A stretch of DNA of 64,000 nucleotides from Candidatus Atelocyanobacterium thalassae (GCA_051971635.1 JBFPLN010000003.1:448001-512000); one strand, 5' to 3'; shown: positions 52,927-63,477, numbered from the stretch's first letter. Numbers and translations: made by a program. Notes: a model not told the origin generated them from the letters alone.

Positions 52927-54864
52927 ATGGAACTATCCTTTGAACTCACTTTGCAAATTGTGATAGCTGTTTTAGCAGGCATTAGTGCTCAAGTTATTGC
53001 TGAATTTTTCAGAGTTCCGAGCATTGTCTTTTTACTCTTGTTTGGCATGCTCTTGGGTGCAGATGGCTTTAATTTTCTTCATCCTCATGGATTAGGTGTT
53101 GGATTAGAAGTTCTAGTTGCTTTATCAGTAGCAATTATCCTTTTTGAAGGAGGATTGAATCTAGAACTACGTGATCTAGGAAGAGTCTCAAGTAGTCTCC
53201 GAAATTTAGTTACTTTTGGTACTTTAATTACTTTAGTTGGTGGCGGTATGGCCGCTCACTGGTTTGCGGAGTTTCCTTGGTCTATTGCATTTCTTTATGC
53301 TTCTTTAGTTGTGGTTACTGGTCCAACCGTAATAAGTCCTTTACTTAAGCAAGTAGAGGTAGAACGTAAAGTAGCTACATTGTTAGAAAGCGAAGGAGTT
53401 CTGATCGATCCTGTAGGAGCAATTTTAGCAGTAGTAGTTTTTGATACTATCCTTAACAGCAATGCTAGCCCTTTAGAAATTGTTAGTGGTATCTTATTAA
53501 GATTGGGTATTGGTGCAGTCATTGGTGGTGTTAGTGGAGCTGCTCTAGGCTTTATTCTTAAGAATACTAGCTTTTTATCAGAAGACCTTCGAAATTTAGT
53601 TGTCCTTGCAGGAGTATGGGGATTATTTGGGTTAGCTCAACTTAGCCGAAGCGAATCAGGCCTTATGGCTACAGTGGTGGCAGGAATCGTTCTTAGAGCT
53701 TCTTCCATTCCTGATGAGAGACTTTTGAGAAGGTTTAAAGGTCAATTAACAGTTTTGTGTGTTTCCGTATTATTTATTCTTTTAGCTGCAGATTTATCTA
53801 TTGACAGTATTTTCGCCTTGGGCTGGGGAAGTGTCTTTACGGTTTTTACTTTAATGTGGGTAGTAAGGCCTATTAGTGTAATTCTTTGCACCATTAATAG
53901 TGATTTAAGCTGGAGACAAAAAATTTTCCTAGCATGGATAGCCCCAAGGGGAATTGTCTCAGCTTCAATTGCATCCTTATTCGCTATTTTATTAACTCAG
54001 CAAGGTATTAATGGTGGAGATTCAATTAAAGCTTTAGTGTTTTTAACTATTATGATGACAGTCTTTATTCAAGGTTTATCTGCTCGCTGGGTAGCAAAAG
54101 GATTAAAAATTACCGCTGTCGAAGCCAAAGGAGCTGTTATTGTTGGTTGTAATTCGTTAGGAAGATTAATGGGAAAGCTTTTTACACAGAGAGGAGAATC
54201 AGTTGTTTTAATTGACACTGATCCAGAAGCATGTGATCAAGCTCAATCTGAAGGTCTATCAGTATTTCAAAGTAGTGCATTAGATCCTAATGTCTTAGAG
54301 GAAGCTGGAATTGGGTCAATGGGAACTTTTATGGCTTTAACAAGTAACGGTCAAGTGAATTTGGTATTAGCTCAACGTGCCGTTGAGGAATTTAAGCCTC
54401 CTAGAGTGTTTGCCATTTTCCCTAGTAACTCTAATAGAGATCAAACTTCAAATAAAACAAAGATAATCCGGGCATTTATAGATCAACAATTAATTAAGAT
54501 TTGGAATCAATATATTGTAGAAGGACAATTTAAGTTAGGAATTACTCATTTTCAGGAATCAGGATTGCTTCCGAAACAAGCCCATTTTCTTACTTTGATT
54601 AAGGAAGGAGAGATTTTGCCTCTTTTGATTAAAAGAAAAGGAAATTTACAAATAGTTCAGGCTTCTCAAGACTGGCAAATTGGAGATGAAATCATTTATC
54701 TTTTACATGATCCCCGTCCAAAACTATTGAAACATCTTTCAGGAAAAGTTAAAGTTTCTAAAGAATTAACAATGGAATTCTTGCCAGAAGTTGAAGAAGT
54801 TCCTTCTTCTGAATTGGTAAATCCACTACTATCAAATCCACCAACAGAAATAATTGAAAACTAA
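52927..54864 (+). CDS. CPA1/NhaP-type cation:proton antiporter with TrkA-N domain
   Basis: ILFEGGL, TGPTV, LESEGVLIDP and APRGIV motifs; C-terminal IVGCxxLGR RCK domain; ATG 52927 preferred over TTG 52906. Confidence 0.9.
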   Translation: MELSFELTLQIVIAVLAGISAQVIAEFFRVPSIVFLLLFGMLLGADGFNFLHPHGLGVGLEVLVALSVAIILFEGGLNLELRDLGRVSSSLRNLVTFGTLITLVGGGMAAHWFAEFPWSIAFLYASLVVVTGPTVISPLLKQVEVERKVATLLESEGVLIDPVGAILAVVVFDTILNSNASPLEIVSGILLRLGIGAVIGGVSGAALGFILKNTSFLSEDLRNLVVLAGVWGLFGLAQLSRSESGLMATVVAGIVLRASSIPDERLLRRFKGQLTVLCVSVLFILLAADLSIDSIFALGWGSVFTVFTLMWVVRPISVILCTINSDLSWRQKIFLAWIAPRGIVSASIASLFAILLTQQGINGGDSIKALVFLTIMMTVFIQGLSARWVAKGLKITAVEAKGAVIVGCNSLGRLMGKLFTQRGESVVLIDTDPEACDQAQSEGLSVFQSSALDPNVLEEAGIGSMGTFMALTSNGQVNLVLAQRAVEEFKPPRVFAIFPSNSNRDQTSNKTKIIRAFIDQQLIKIWNQYIVEGQFKLGITHFQESGLLPKQAHFLTLIKEGEILPLLIKRKGNLQIVQASQDWQIGDEIIYLLHDPRPKLLKHLSGKVKVSKELTMEFLPEVEEVPSSELVNPLLSNPPTEIIEN

Positions 54865-54960
54865 TCAATATTAATGATAATGTTGAGCTATTTATATTAA
54901 TTTGAATAAGATATTGTAAAATTATTACTAAATAAAATATATAAGGTTAACAATACAATT

Positions 54961-55083
54961 ATGGATGCTAAATTAATTCTAGTTATTCTTACTGCTATCT
55001 TTACTGTATCATGCCTATTCTTTGGAACTAGAAACGGTTTTTATGATTCTGATGATTATAAAGGTAATGGAACAGCCCATTAA
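54961..55083 (+). CDS. ndhP: NDH-1L small subunit P (40 aa)
   Basis: Not in the ORF track. MDAKLILVILTAIFTVSCLFFGTRNGFYDSDDYKGNGTAH*; CLFFGTRNGFYD..Y.GNG.AH is the NdhP (Sml0013) signature. Confidence 0.93.
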   Translation: MDAKLILVILTAIFTVSCLFFGTRNGFYDSDDYKGNGTAH

Positions 55084-55109
55084 TAAATTATTTTTAATAT
55101 TTTAGATTA

Positions 55110-55163
55110 TCTACAATAAAGAATGGTTGGTATGTTTATGTACCAACCATTCTTTATTGTAGA
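55110..55163. terminator. Perfect 23-bp inverted repeat after ndhP (convergent junction)
   Basis: tctacaataaagaatggttggta-tgtttatg-taccaaccattctttattgtaga. Confidence 0.85.
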
Positions 55164-55330
55164 AATAAAACAATCATATATCTTAAATTTACTTATTTAA
55201 ACAGAGCAAATAATAAATATATTAACCAAACAACTTATAAGATATTACATTTCTATAGATTGTTAATACTAATTGTGTTTATCAAATATTTTTAATCTAT
55301 GTACTTTTAAAAAAGTATCTTGAGTAAGAG

Positions 55331-56308
55331 TTACTGTGTTTTTTCTAACTTAATTCGAGGATCAACCAAAACAAGTAATAAATCCGCCAATATATTGCCT
55401 ATAATTAACATTACTGCACTCATAGTTAAACTACCCATAACTAAGTATAAATCCTGTGCAGTAACTGCTTGTAAAATCAAACGTCCTAATCCTGGCCAGT
55501 TAAAGAAAAACTCGGCTATAAATGCTCCTCCTAATAAATTAGCGAATTCGAATCCCAGTAAAGTGACTAAGGGGTTAATTGCATTACGTAATGCATGTTT
55601 ATATATTACTTTTCTTTCAGAAAGTCCTTTTGCCCTAGCAGTTATTACATAATTCTTCTTCATAACATCTAACATTTGTCCTCTCATCAATCTCATTAGT
55701 CCAGCAAAGCCAACAATACTTAAAGTAATTGTTGGTAATATCATATGCCACCCAATATCCAATACTTTGCCGATAAGCGATAGATCGTCATGTTCTAGAC
55801 TAGTCATATTTCCAACAGGTAAAATAGGAGATGTGTATTGAGCAATAATTAAAATAATTAAGGCTGCAATAAATCTAGGTAACCCTTGTCCAAAGTAACT
55901 AATTATTCTTAATAATTTATCTATCCAAGTATTTTGTTTGACTGCACTTAAAATCCCTAGCGGTATAGCAATTATCCAAGTTAAAGCTATAGAAAAAATA
56001 GAGAGCAGTAATGTTGCTGGTATTCTTTCTGCTAATAAAGATGATACAGAACGATTATAAACAAAACTTTCTCCAAAATTTAGATGAGTTATTACTTGTA
56101 CTAACCATTTCCAATACTGAATATAAAATGGCTGATCGAGACCAAAACGAACATTTAATTCTTGAATTACTTCTCGTGAAATCTTGGGATTCTGCCTTAG
56201 AGTATCCAAATAATCTCCGGGAGCAATTTGAATAATAATAAAGCTTAATATTGAAGTTAGTAATATGGTTAAGAGACCTTGAAGAAGCCTCTTTGAAACA
56301 TAAAGCAT
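55331..56308 (-). CDS. Peptide ABC transporter permease (DppB/OppB family)
   Basis: APGD, GLDQP..QY, ERIPAT, TARAKGLSE (EAA loop) and FNWPGLG motifs. Confidence 0.92.
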   Translation of the reverse strand: MLYVSKRLLQGLLTILLTSILSFIIIQIAPGDYLDTLRQNPKISREVIQELNVRFGLDQPFYIQYWKWLVQVITHLNFGESFVYNRSVSSLLAERIPATLLLSIFSIALTWIIAIPLGILSAVKQNTWIDKLLRIISYFGQGLPRFIAALIILIIAQYTSPILPVGNMTSLEHDDLSLIGKVLDIGWHMILPTITLSIVGFAGLMRLMRGQMLDVMKKNYVITARAKGLSERKVIYKHALRNAINPLVTLLGFEFANLLGGAFIAEFFFNWPGLGRLILQAVTAQDLYLVMGSLTMSAVMLIIGNILADLLLVLVDPRIKLEKTQ

Positions 56309-56361
56309 TATTTTAATGATGAATTAAATGACTGTATGAATACTAATAAAATAGATAGATA

Positions 56362-56880
56362 TTAATATTTAACTAAGCTAATAATAGGAACATCAGGTAA
56401 TTGTTTACGACCTTCTAAAGATTCTAATTCAATAATAAAAGCAAAGCCTAAGATATTACAACCAATCTTTTTTAGTAGCTCAACTGTTGCTTTTGCGGTA
56501 CCACCTGTGGCCAACAAGTCATCTACAACAACAACACTATGAAAATTTTGTAAAGCATCTTGGTGAATCTCTAAACTATCTACACCGTACTCCAGATCGT
56601 ATTGAACTCTGTAGACTGGGCCAGGAAGTTTCCCAGGCTTTCTAACAGGTATAAATCCTGAATTTAATTGATAAGCCAGTGGAGCACCAAAAATAAACCC
56701 TCGTGATTCCATTCCGATTATGTGATCAGGTAATAAATTAGCTTCTTTACACTTGTGCGTTAACAAGTTGATTGTATATTGCAATCCTTTTGGATTATTT
56801 AATAAAGTTGTAATATCACGAAATACTATACCGGGCTTAGGAAAATCAGGAATATCACGAATTAGCTCTTTAAGGTCCAT
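56362..56880 (-). CDS. apt: Adenine phosphoribosyltransferase
   Basis: [36 protein letters not shown] and [13 protein letters not shown] motifs. Confidence 0.98.
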   Translation of the reverse strand: MDLKELIRDIPDFPKPGIVFRDITTLLNNPKGLQYTINLLTHKCKEANLLPDHIIGMESRGFIFGAPLAYQLNSGFIPVRKPGKLPGPVYRVQYDLEYGVDSLEIHQDALQNFHSVVVVDDLLATGGTAKATVELLKKIGCNILGFAFIIELESLEGRKQLPDVPIISLVKY

Positions 56881-57521
56881 TAATTATCTCTTAATAATTA
56901 CTTTGGTTAATAATTATATATTAATCTTCACCTACTACTTATAATTATAGCTACTTATTTGTGATTACTAGATTTTCATCTTGTTTACAAACAATATTTA
57001 TAAGCACAATCTAAAACTTGATAAATAGAAAATAGCTAAATTAGCTACTTGAGAAACTCTATATCTGGAGTGGTTAATAATATATTAAAGATTAAATATT
57101 TTTATATTTTCAACTAATTGTCTTTGTTGGCTTACTGATTTAATAGATCCAGATTTCTAGGATATTTAAGTTCACACTGGAATGCTCTAAGTATTCTTAA
57201 AAGTTGAATAGTTATCAAAAATTGTTTAACAGTTAGAAGCAGAATTTAATTAATTAAATTTAAAAATAAAAAAAGCCTTTTTTGTACTTATTTTTGAATT
57301 TTTAGCTTTTTTTATCCAGTTTAAAGGTGCTTTGAGTCTAATTGCTTCTTTAAGCTAAATATATCTCTACATTTCAATACTTAAGCTGTTGTTATTTTAA
57401 GCTTACCTAATTTTTTTTACTAAATCAAACTATTTTGACTATTGACTTTTTCTTCGATTAAGAATTACTTTAAGTTGTAGCAGCTAAGGCTGCTGCAAAT
57501 TTGATTGTCAAGAGGTGAAAT

Positions 57522-58094
57522 ATGGGCGTTATTGAAACTGTACCCAGTGTTGTATTTAAAACCCGTGTTCGTGATGAGTCTGTACCTGGACCTAACCCTT
57601 ATCGTTGGCAAGATCTAACTACTGAAGAGATTTTTAAAGGTAAGAAGGTTATTGTTTTTTCACTACCTGGTGCATTTACTCCAACTTGTTCCTCTAACCA
57701 TCTCCCTCGCTACGAAGAATTATACGATGAGTTTAAAGCATTAGGAATAGACGCTATCGTTTGTTTATCAGTTAATGATGCTTTCGTTATGTTCCAATGG
57801 GGTAAGCAGCAAGAAGCTAAAAACGTTTTTTTACTGCCTGATGGTAATGGTGAATTTACTCGTAAAATGGGTATGTTAGTTGATAAATCTAATCTTGGTT
57901 TTGGGATGCGCTCCTGGCGCTATTCTATGTTAGTCAATAACTGTGAAATCGAGAAGATTTTTGTCGAGTCTGACTTTAGTGACAATTGTCCTAGTGATCC
58001 TTTTGAGGTATCTGATGCTGATACTATGTTAGCTCATCTCAAAGGTGGTAAATCTTCAGGTGTTTCTAAACCGGTAAAAGCCTTTATAGGCTAG
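57522..58094 (+). CDS. Type II (Prx5-family) peroxiredoxin, Sll1621-like
   Basis: [11 protein letters not shown] peroxidatic motif, SVNDAFVM and [14 protein letters not shown] ribosome-binding site upstream. Confidence 0.95.
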   Translation: MGVIETVPSVVFKTRVRDESVPGPNPYRWQDLTTEEIFKGKKVIVFSLPGAFTPTCSSNHLPRYEELYDEFKALGIDAIVCLSVNDAFVMFQWGKQQEAKNVFLLPDGNGEFTRKMGMLVDKSNLGFGMRSWRYSMLVNNCEIEKIFVESDFSDNCPSDPFEVSDADTMLAHLKGGKSSGVSKPVKAFIG

Positions 58095-58103
58095 TTTTAA
58101 ATA

Positions 58104-58156
58104 ATACTATCTATTAAGGAATCAATTTTTTTTATTGATTCCTTAATAGATAGTAT
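58104..58156. terminator. Perfect 23-bp inverted repeat after the peroxiredoxin gene
   Basis: atactatctattaaggaatcaat-ttttttt-attgattccttaatagatagtat. Confidence 0.85.
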
Positions 58157-58194
58157 CTATAGCTCTAAAAATATGTTATGATAATTAAGCGCAT

Positions 58195-58268
58195 GGCGAG
58201 CGTAGCCAAGTGGTTAAGGCAGCGGGTTGTGGTCCCGCCACTCGTGGGTTCAAGTCCCATCGTTCGCC
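58195..58268 (+). tRNA. trnH: tRNA-His(GTG)
   Basis: G(-1)GCGAGCGTAGCCAAGTGGTTAAGGCAGCGGGTT-GTG-GTCCCGCC...GTTCAAGTCCCATCGTTCGCC. Confidence 0.96.
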
Positions 58269-58468
58269 CTTATAATTTTCAATTTCCAAGCTTGTGTATC
58301 CACATAGACAAGTTTATTTAATATCTTGTATCATATAGCTCTATAAAAATTTAGACTAAAGCCTGCAACAATTAAGTGCACAAAAGAATTTTTTTGTTCT
58401 AAGAATAGTTTAAATCTTAGATAAGAAATGAGCTTTTTTTAATAAATAACCTGTTGCCGTATTGAATA

Positions 58469-59180
58469 ATGTGGAAATATCCTACTAACAAGCTTGTTAT
58501 TAACCCTAAAGAAATTCACTTATGGAAGATTGATTTATCAATATCTTATCTGTATGTCGAATTTTATTTAACTATGCTTAACCAAGAAGAAAAAAAAAAT
58601 TTCTCAAATCCAATTCATAAAAGATAAAAGACGTTTTATCATATCCAGAGGATCATTAAAACTTATTCTGAGTAAATATTTATTTATCGATCCTAAACAA
58701 ATAAAGTTTAAACAGACTACTCGTGGTAAGCCTGAACTTATTGACTCAATTAATACTATACAAATAGAATTTAATATTTCTCATTCTGAAGAATTAATAA
58801 TTTACGGAATCACGTGTCGAGATCCTATAGGGGTTGATATTGAATACATTCGTCCTCTGTTAAGAATAGACAAAATTGCGCAACGTTTTTTTAGTTTTCA
58901 GGAATTTAGCAAACTTAAACTTTTCAATTCTTCTGATAAAAATATTGAGTTTTTAAAACTTTGGACAGGGAAAGAAGCATATTTAAAAGCAACAGGTGAA
59001 GGAATAAGTCAAGGATTAGATAAAGTGAAAATAATAACTGACTATCCTATGAAAATCATTGATGTTCCTTTATTGAATGATCTTCCATGGAAAATATTTT
59101 CCTTTATCACTCAGTCAAACTATCTAGTAACTATAGTTACATTAGAAAAAAAACAAAAAATTTACTATTGGAAAATTTAA
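58469..59180 (+). pseudogene. Sfp/HetI-type 4'-phosphopantetheinyl transferase, frameshifted at an A10 tract (58590-58599); may still be functional
   Basis: The frame from ATG 58469 (MWKYP...EIHLW...LNQEEKK) stops at 58625-58627. The +1 frame from 58599 is open to TAA 59180 and carries RFIISRG, RGKP, FNISHS, IGVDIE and LWTGKEAYLKATGEG. Confidence 0.9.
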
Positions 59181-59212
59181 GAAGGTTAAACAAAATAAGA
59201 AGTTTCTCTTAT

Positions 59213-59767
59213 TTATGGAAAACTATTACCATGTTGGTAAAAATGTAATGTTCCTGCTCCAATATATAGTCCCTGGGGATGTTTACCTTCCGGGTAAACT
59301 GTTATACCAAATTGGTAATTTCCCCCCACTTTAGGATTATTTTTAGGTTTTAGTCTAATAAAAAAGGTTTTGCCAGGCAGAATTGGAGATTTAAAGATTA
59401 TGGAAACTTTATCATTATCCAAATTTTTCTGAACTTTACTGATAGATAATATATCTTCAGGGTTTATTGGTTTTCCAGTAAAAGCAATAGTCTGATCCAG
59501 ATCAAAAGATATTTTCTCATTTCCTTTGATTTGTTGTAGTACTATTTTTTTTAGAGGTACTCCAGCATCTAAAGGTATTGCCATATTAAAATAATATTGT
59601 GCATTATCTACCTTAATTTGACTTAGACTTGTTCTTACATCAATTAATCTAGGAGATTTATTAAATAGAATAATATTATTACCAATATCCATTGAGATTA
59701 GAGAAGAAGCGATTAGAAATACGCTACCTGTAGTTTGAAATATATTATTTAAAATAAAAGTATTCAC
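59213..59767 (-). CDS. DUF2808 family exported protein
   Basis: FxxSPRL, YYF, PxDAGxPL, PxxPG, NPxxGGxYQFGITVYP and YIG motifs. Confidence 0.78.
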   Translation of the reverse strand: MNTFILNNIFQTTGSVFLIASSLISMDIGNNIILFNKSPRLIDVRTSLSQIKVDNAQYYFNMAIPLDAGVPLKKIVLQQIKGNEKISFDLDQTIAFTGKPINPEDILSISKVQKNLDNDKVSIIFKSPILPGKTFFIRLKPKNNPKVGGNYQFGITVYPEGKHPQGLYIGAGTLHFYQHGNSFP

Positions 59768-59783
59768 AATTAATAAGTATTGC

Positions 59784-59821
59784 TAAAATAAAAACCTAGG
59801 TTAACCTAGGTTTTTATTTTA
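59784..59821. terminator. Perfect 38-bp palindrome just downstream of pnp
   Basis: taaaataaaaacctaggtt|aacctaggtttttatttta, containing two tandem copies of the palindrome aacctaggtt. Confidence 0.85.
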
Positions 59822-59825
59822 ATAG

Positions 59826-61973
59826 TTAAACTATTTTTCTGACAGCAGAAGCTTCATCTGGATGAATACCTAGACGAGTCAGATTTAAGCGTCCTTTATT
59901 ATCAATTTCACGCACTTTAACTACTACCTCATCTCCTACAGCAACTTCATCTTCTACTTTTCCTACTCTTCTTTCGGCTAATTGAGAAATATGAATCATA
60001 CCTTCTTTTCCTGGTAAAACTTCGACAAAAGCTCCAATAGGGATAATGCGAGTAACACGACCCAGATAAACTTCTCCTTCGTTTAGTTTACGCGTCATGT
60101 TGAAGATAATATCTTTTGCTTTTTCCGCCTTTTTAGCTTGAATAGCAGCAATAGTTACCATTCCATCATCAGAAATGTCGATTTTTGAACCGGTTTGCTC
60201 TGTAATTCCTTTGATAGTTTTACCACCTGGACCAATGATTAACCCTATCATTTCAGGATCAATTTTCATGGTTAATAGTCGAGGAGCGAACGTTGATAAT
60301 TCTGGACGTGGCTTATCAATAGTTGCCAACATTTTTTCAAGAATATGTAAACGAGCAGGTAGAGCCTGTCCAATAGCTTTTGCTATCACATTCATCGATA
60401 ATCCAGTAATTTTCATATCCATTTGTAAAGCTGTAATGCCACTATCAGTTCCAGCAACTTTAAAATCCATATCTCCTAGAAAATCTTCAATTCCTTGAAT
60501 ATCTGTAAGAATACGTACTTCTTCACCTTCTTTAATAAGTCCCATAGCTGCTCCACTAACTGGTTTAACAATAGGAACTCCAGCATCCATTAAAGCTAAA
60601 GTTGATCCGCAAACAGAACCCATAGAGGTAGAACCATTAGATGACAGAACTTCTGATACAACTCTGACTACATAGGGGAACTCTTCTTGCTGAGGCAATA
60701 CAGGAAGAAGAGCACGTTCTGCTAAGGCTCCATGACCAATTTCTCTTCTCCCTGGAGATCTTAATGGCTTAGTTTCTGCAACAGAAAAAGGAGGAAAATT
60801 ATAATGATGTAGGTAACGCTTTTCATCTTCAGGATGTAAATCATCTCCTAAATCTTGTGCATCTCCTGGAGTACCAAGAGTTGCTAAAGATAAAACTTGA
60901 GTTAATCCCCTGTTAAACAATCCACAACCATGCACTCTTGGGGGCAAAATGCCAACATTACAATAGATAGGGCGAACCTCATCAAGTTTTCTACCATCTA
61001 CGCGAATCTCATCGTTAACAATTTGAGATCGCATTAGCTTTTTGGTTAAGTCTTTATAAAGATTATTTATAGCTTTAGGATTTTCTTGGGAAGCAACTTT
61101 TATCGAATCTTCTTCCGGGAGATTGGCTATTATTTCATTAATAGTTGTTTCCTTGATTTCATCAAGAGCTGTATCTCTTTCTGCTTTACCAAAATTATAT
61201 TGAATTAGAATCTTTTTAATAGATTCAGAAGATTGATCACTAATGAATTTTTCTAGAATTTCATTTTTTACTGGTGGTTCAGCTTGCACCAATTTCATTC
61301 CCAGTTCTTCCATGATTTCTTGTTGTGCTCCAATTAGATCTCTAACTGCCTCATAACCAAAATCAATAGCTTCAATAACATCTTGTTCTGGAAGCTGATT
61401 GGCTCCAGCCTCAATCATGACAACACCATCAGGACTACCTGCGACAACTAAATCAAGGTCTCCATCTTCTACTTCACGATAAGTAGGGTTAATAATAAAA
61501 TCATCTCCTACTAAGCCGACTCTAACGGCTGCCATAGGTCCAAAGAAGGGAATTTGGGCTTGAATTACTGCCATAGAAGCCCCCGTTACTGCTAAAACAT
61601 CGGGAGGAACTTCTTCATCCATGGATAAAGTCGTAGCAATAATCTGAATATCATTTCGAAACCAATTAGGAAATAAAGGACGTAAAGGACGATCGATTAG
61701 TCTGCTAATAAGTATTGCCCTTTCTGGAGGACGTCCTTCTCTTCGTAAAAACCCTCCTGGAATTCTTCCTGCAGCATAAAGCCTTTCTTCATAATCTACA
61801 GTTAAAGGCAGAAAATCAATACCTTCTCTTCCTTTTGATGTTGTTGCTGTTACCAGAACTGCCGTATCTCCGGACTGAATTAGAATTGCTCCACCTGCTT
61901 GAGGAGCCAATAACCCTAGTTTTAGTCGAATATCTCTTCCGTCAAAAGATATTGATTTATCAAATTCTTGCAT
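59826..61973 (-). CDS. pnp: Polyribonucleotide nucleotidyltransferase
   Basis: [27 protein letters not shown] and GDMDFKVAG motifs; KH and S1 domains. Confidence 0.99.
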   Translation of the reverse strand: MQEFDKSISFDGRDIRLKLGLLAPQAGGAILIQSGDTAVLVTATTSKGREGIDFLPLTVDYEERLYAAGRIPGGFLRREGRPPERAILISRLIDRPLRPLFPNWFRNDIQIIATTLSMDEEVPPDVLAVTGASMAVIQAQIPFFGPMAAVRVGLVGDDFIINPTYREVEDGDLDLVVAGSPDGVVMIEAGANQLPEQDVIEAIDFGYEAVRDLIGAQQEIMEELGMKLVQAEPPVKNEILEKFISDQSSESIKKILIQYNFGKAERDTALDEIKETTINEIIANLPEEDSIKVASQENPKAINNLYKDLTKKLMRSQIVNDEIRVDGRKLDEVRPIYCNVGILPPRVHGCGLFNRGLTQVLSLATLGTPGDAQDLGDDLHPEDEKRYLHHYNFPPFSVAETKPLRSPGRREIGHGALAERALLPVLPQQEEFPYVVRVVSEVLSSNGSTSMGSVCGSTLALMDAGVPIVKPVSGAAMGLIKEGEEVRILTDIQGIEDFLGDMDFKVAGTDSGITALQMDMKITGLSMNVIAKAIGQALPARLHILEKMLATIDKPRPELSTFAPRLLTMKIDPEMIGLIIGPGGKTIKGITEQTGSKIDISDDGMVTIAAIQAKKAEKAKDIIFNMTRKLNEGEVYLGRVTRIIPIGAFVEVLPGKEGMIHISQLAERRVGKVEDEVAVGDEVVVKVREIDNKGRLNLTRLGIHPDEASAVRKIV

Positions 61974-62178
61974 TCAACGTCTCTTCCCTTTTTTTATCAT
62001 GTTTCTCTTTCTGTCGCAATCCTAACATTTTTAAGGAACTTGACGCGATGGACTACCCCATGTAAATGTAGTTATTTAAATTTAATTATATTCTTTTTGT
62101 CTATATTTTTCGTCTTTCGATATATTCAGTAAAGAAAATTTCTGGCCTTAGATCGTTTCCTAGGAGTTTAAAATAGCT

Positions 62179-63477
62179 ATGAATCATAATACTTTAAAAA
62201 AAGAAACTAAAGTTGTTATTGTTGGGGGTGGATTTGGAGGATTATATGCAGCGAAAGGACTGAAAAATTCTTCTGTAGAAGTTACTCTAATCGATAAGCG
62301 TAATTTTCATCTTTTTCAGCCATTGCTTTATCAAGTTGCGACAGGTAGTCTCTCCCCAGCTGATATTGCATCACCTCTACGACTAATTTTACGTCAACAG
62401 AAAAATACACAAGTACTGCTAAACTCTGTTGTCGATATAAAACCTAATGACAAACAAATAATTCTTAATAGCCATCAATCTATTCCCTATGACATTCTTA
62501 TTCTGGCTACTGGAGTAGCTCATCACTATTTTGGTAATGATCAATGGGAAAAATTTGCTCCAGGACTTAGTACTGTTGAAGATGCTTTAGAAATTCGAAC
62601 CCGTATTTTTACGGCTTTTGAGGCAGCCGAAAAAGAAAACGATCCCATAAAAAGACAAGCTTGGCTAACATTTGTAATAGTAGGTGGTGGGCCTACAGGA
62701 GTAGAATTAGCTGGAGCAATAGCAGAAATTGCTCACAACTCTGTGAAAGGTGATTTTAGAAATTTTGACCCCAAGGATGCCAAGATTTTATTAGTTGAAG
62801 GTTTAGAAAGAGTACTTCCTCCATATCCTATAGAATTATCCTCCAAAGCCGAACAAGAACTACGTAACCTTGGGGTCACAATATATACCCAGTCGATGGT
62901 AACAGATATAGATGAAAATACTATTGTGGTGCGTAAAGAAGAAAAATATGAACACATTACCTCTCATACAATTCTATGGGCTGCAGGAGTTAAAGCGTCA
63001 TCAATTGGTAAGGTATTGGCTGAGAGAACTGGCGTAAAACTAGATAAAGCTGGTCGAGTGATGGTCGAACCAGATCTTAGTATTATGAATTTTCCAAATA
63101 TTTTTGTGATTGGGGACTTATCAAATTTTTCTCACCAAGAAAATAAATCCTTGCCAGGAGTCGCCCCTGTGGCCATGCAACAAGCTAAATACGTTGCTAA
63201 GTTAATACAAAAACAATTAAAAGGTGAATCACTATCATCTTTCGTTTATAAAGACTATGGTAGTATGGCAGTTATAGGGCAGAATAAAGCTGTAGCAAAC
63301 TTCAGATTCGTTAAACTTTCGGGATTTTTAGCTTGGTTTATTTGGATTTGGGCCCATATTTATTATCTTATTGAATTTGACAATAAACTAGTTGTCCTAG
63401 TTCAATGGATTTGGAATTATTTCACACAAGGCCGTGGAGCTCGTCTAATTGTAGGAAATAATAAGAAAGATAAATAA
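62179..63477 (+). CDS. ndbA: Type II NADH dehydrogenase (NDH-2)
   Basis: VVIVGGGFGG, FQPLLYQVATG, VIVGGGPTGVELAG and WAAGV motifs; paralog name from recalled similarity. Confidence 0.88.
   Translation: MNHNTLKKETKVVIVGGGFGGLYAAKGLKNSSVEVTLIDKRNFHLFQPLLYQVATGSLSPADIASPLRLILRQQKNTQVLLNSVVDIKPNDKQIILNSHQSIPYDILILATGVAHHYFGNDQWEKFAPGLSTVEDALEIRTRIFTAFEAAEKENDPIKRQAWLTFVIVGGGPTGVELAGAIAEIAHNSVKGDFRNFDPKDAKILLVEGLERVLPPYPIELSSKAEQELRNLGVTIYTQSMVTDIDENTIVVRKEEKYEHITSHTILWAAGVKASSIGKVLAERTGVKLDKAGRVMVEPDLSIMNFPNIFVIGDLSNFSHQENKSLPGVAPVAMQQAKYVAKLIQKQLKGESLSSFVYKDYGSMAVIGQNKAVANFRFVKLSGFLAWFIWIWAHIYYLIEFDNKLVVLVQWIWNYFTQGRGARLIVGNNKKDK

Noticed and set aside
5394..58268. tRNAs as integration sites for islands or prophage
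   Set aside because: No integrase, no duplicated tRNA 3' ends and no compositional shift beside any of the five tRNAs
3901..62957. Short ORF-track entries overlapping real genes (3901, 5899, 6259, 7162, 9946, 11411, 21268, 25260, 26598, 30413, 33006, 33787, 35245, 43133, 43300, 44064, 47042, 47462, 52772, 53295, 55320, 56011, 56753, 60175, 61715, 62733)
   Set aside because: Antisense or alternate-frame shadows of well-supported genes, with no recognisable motifs
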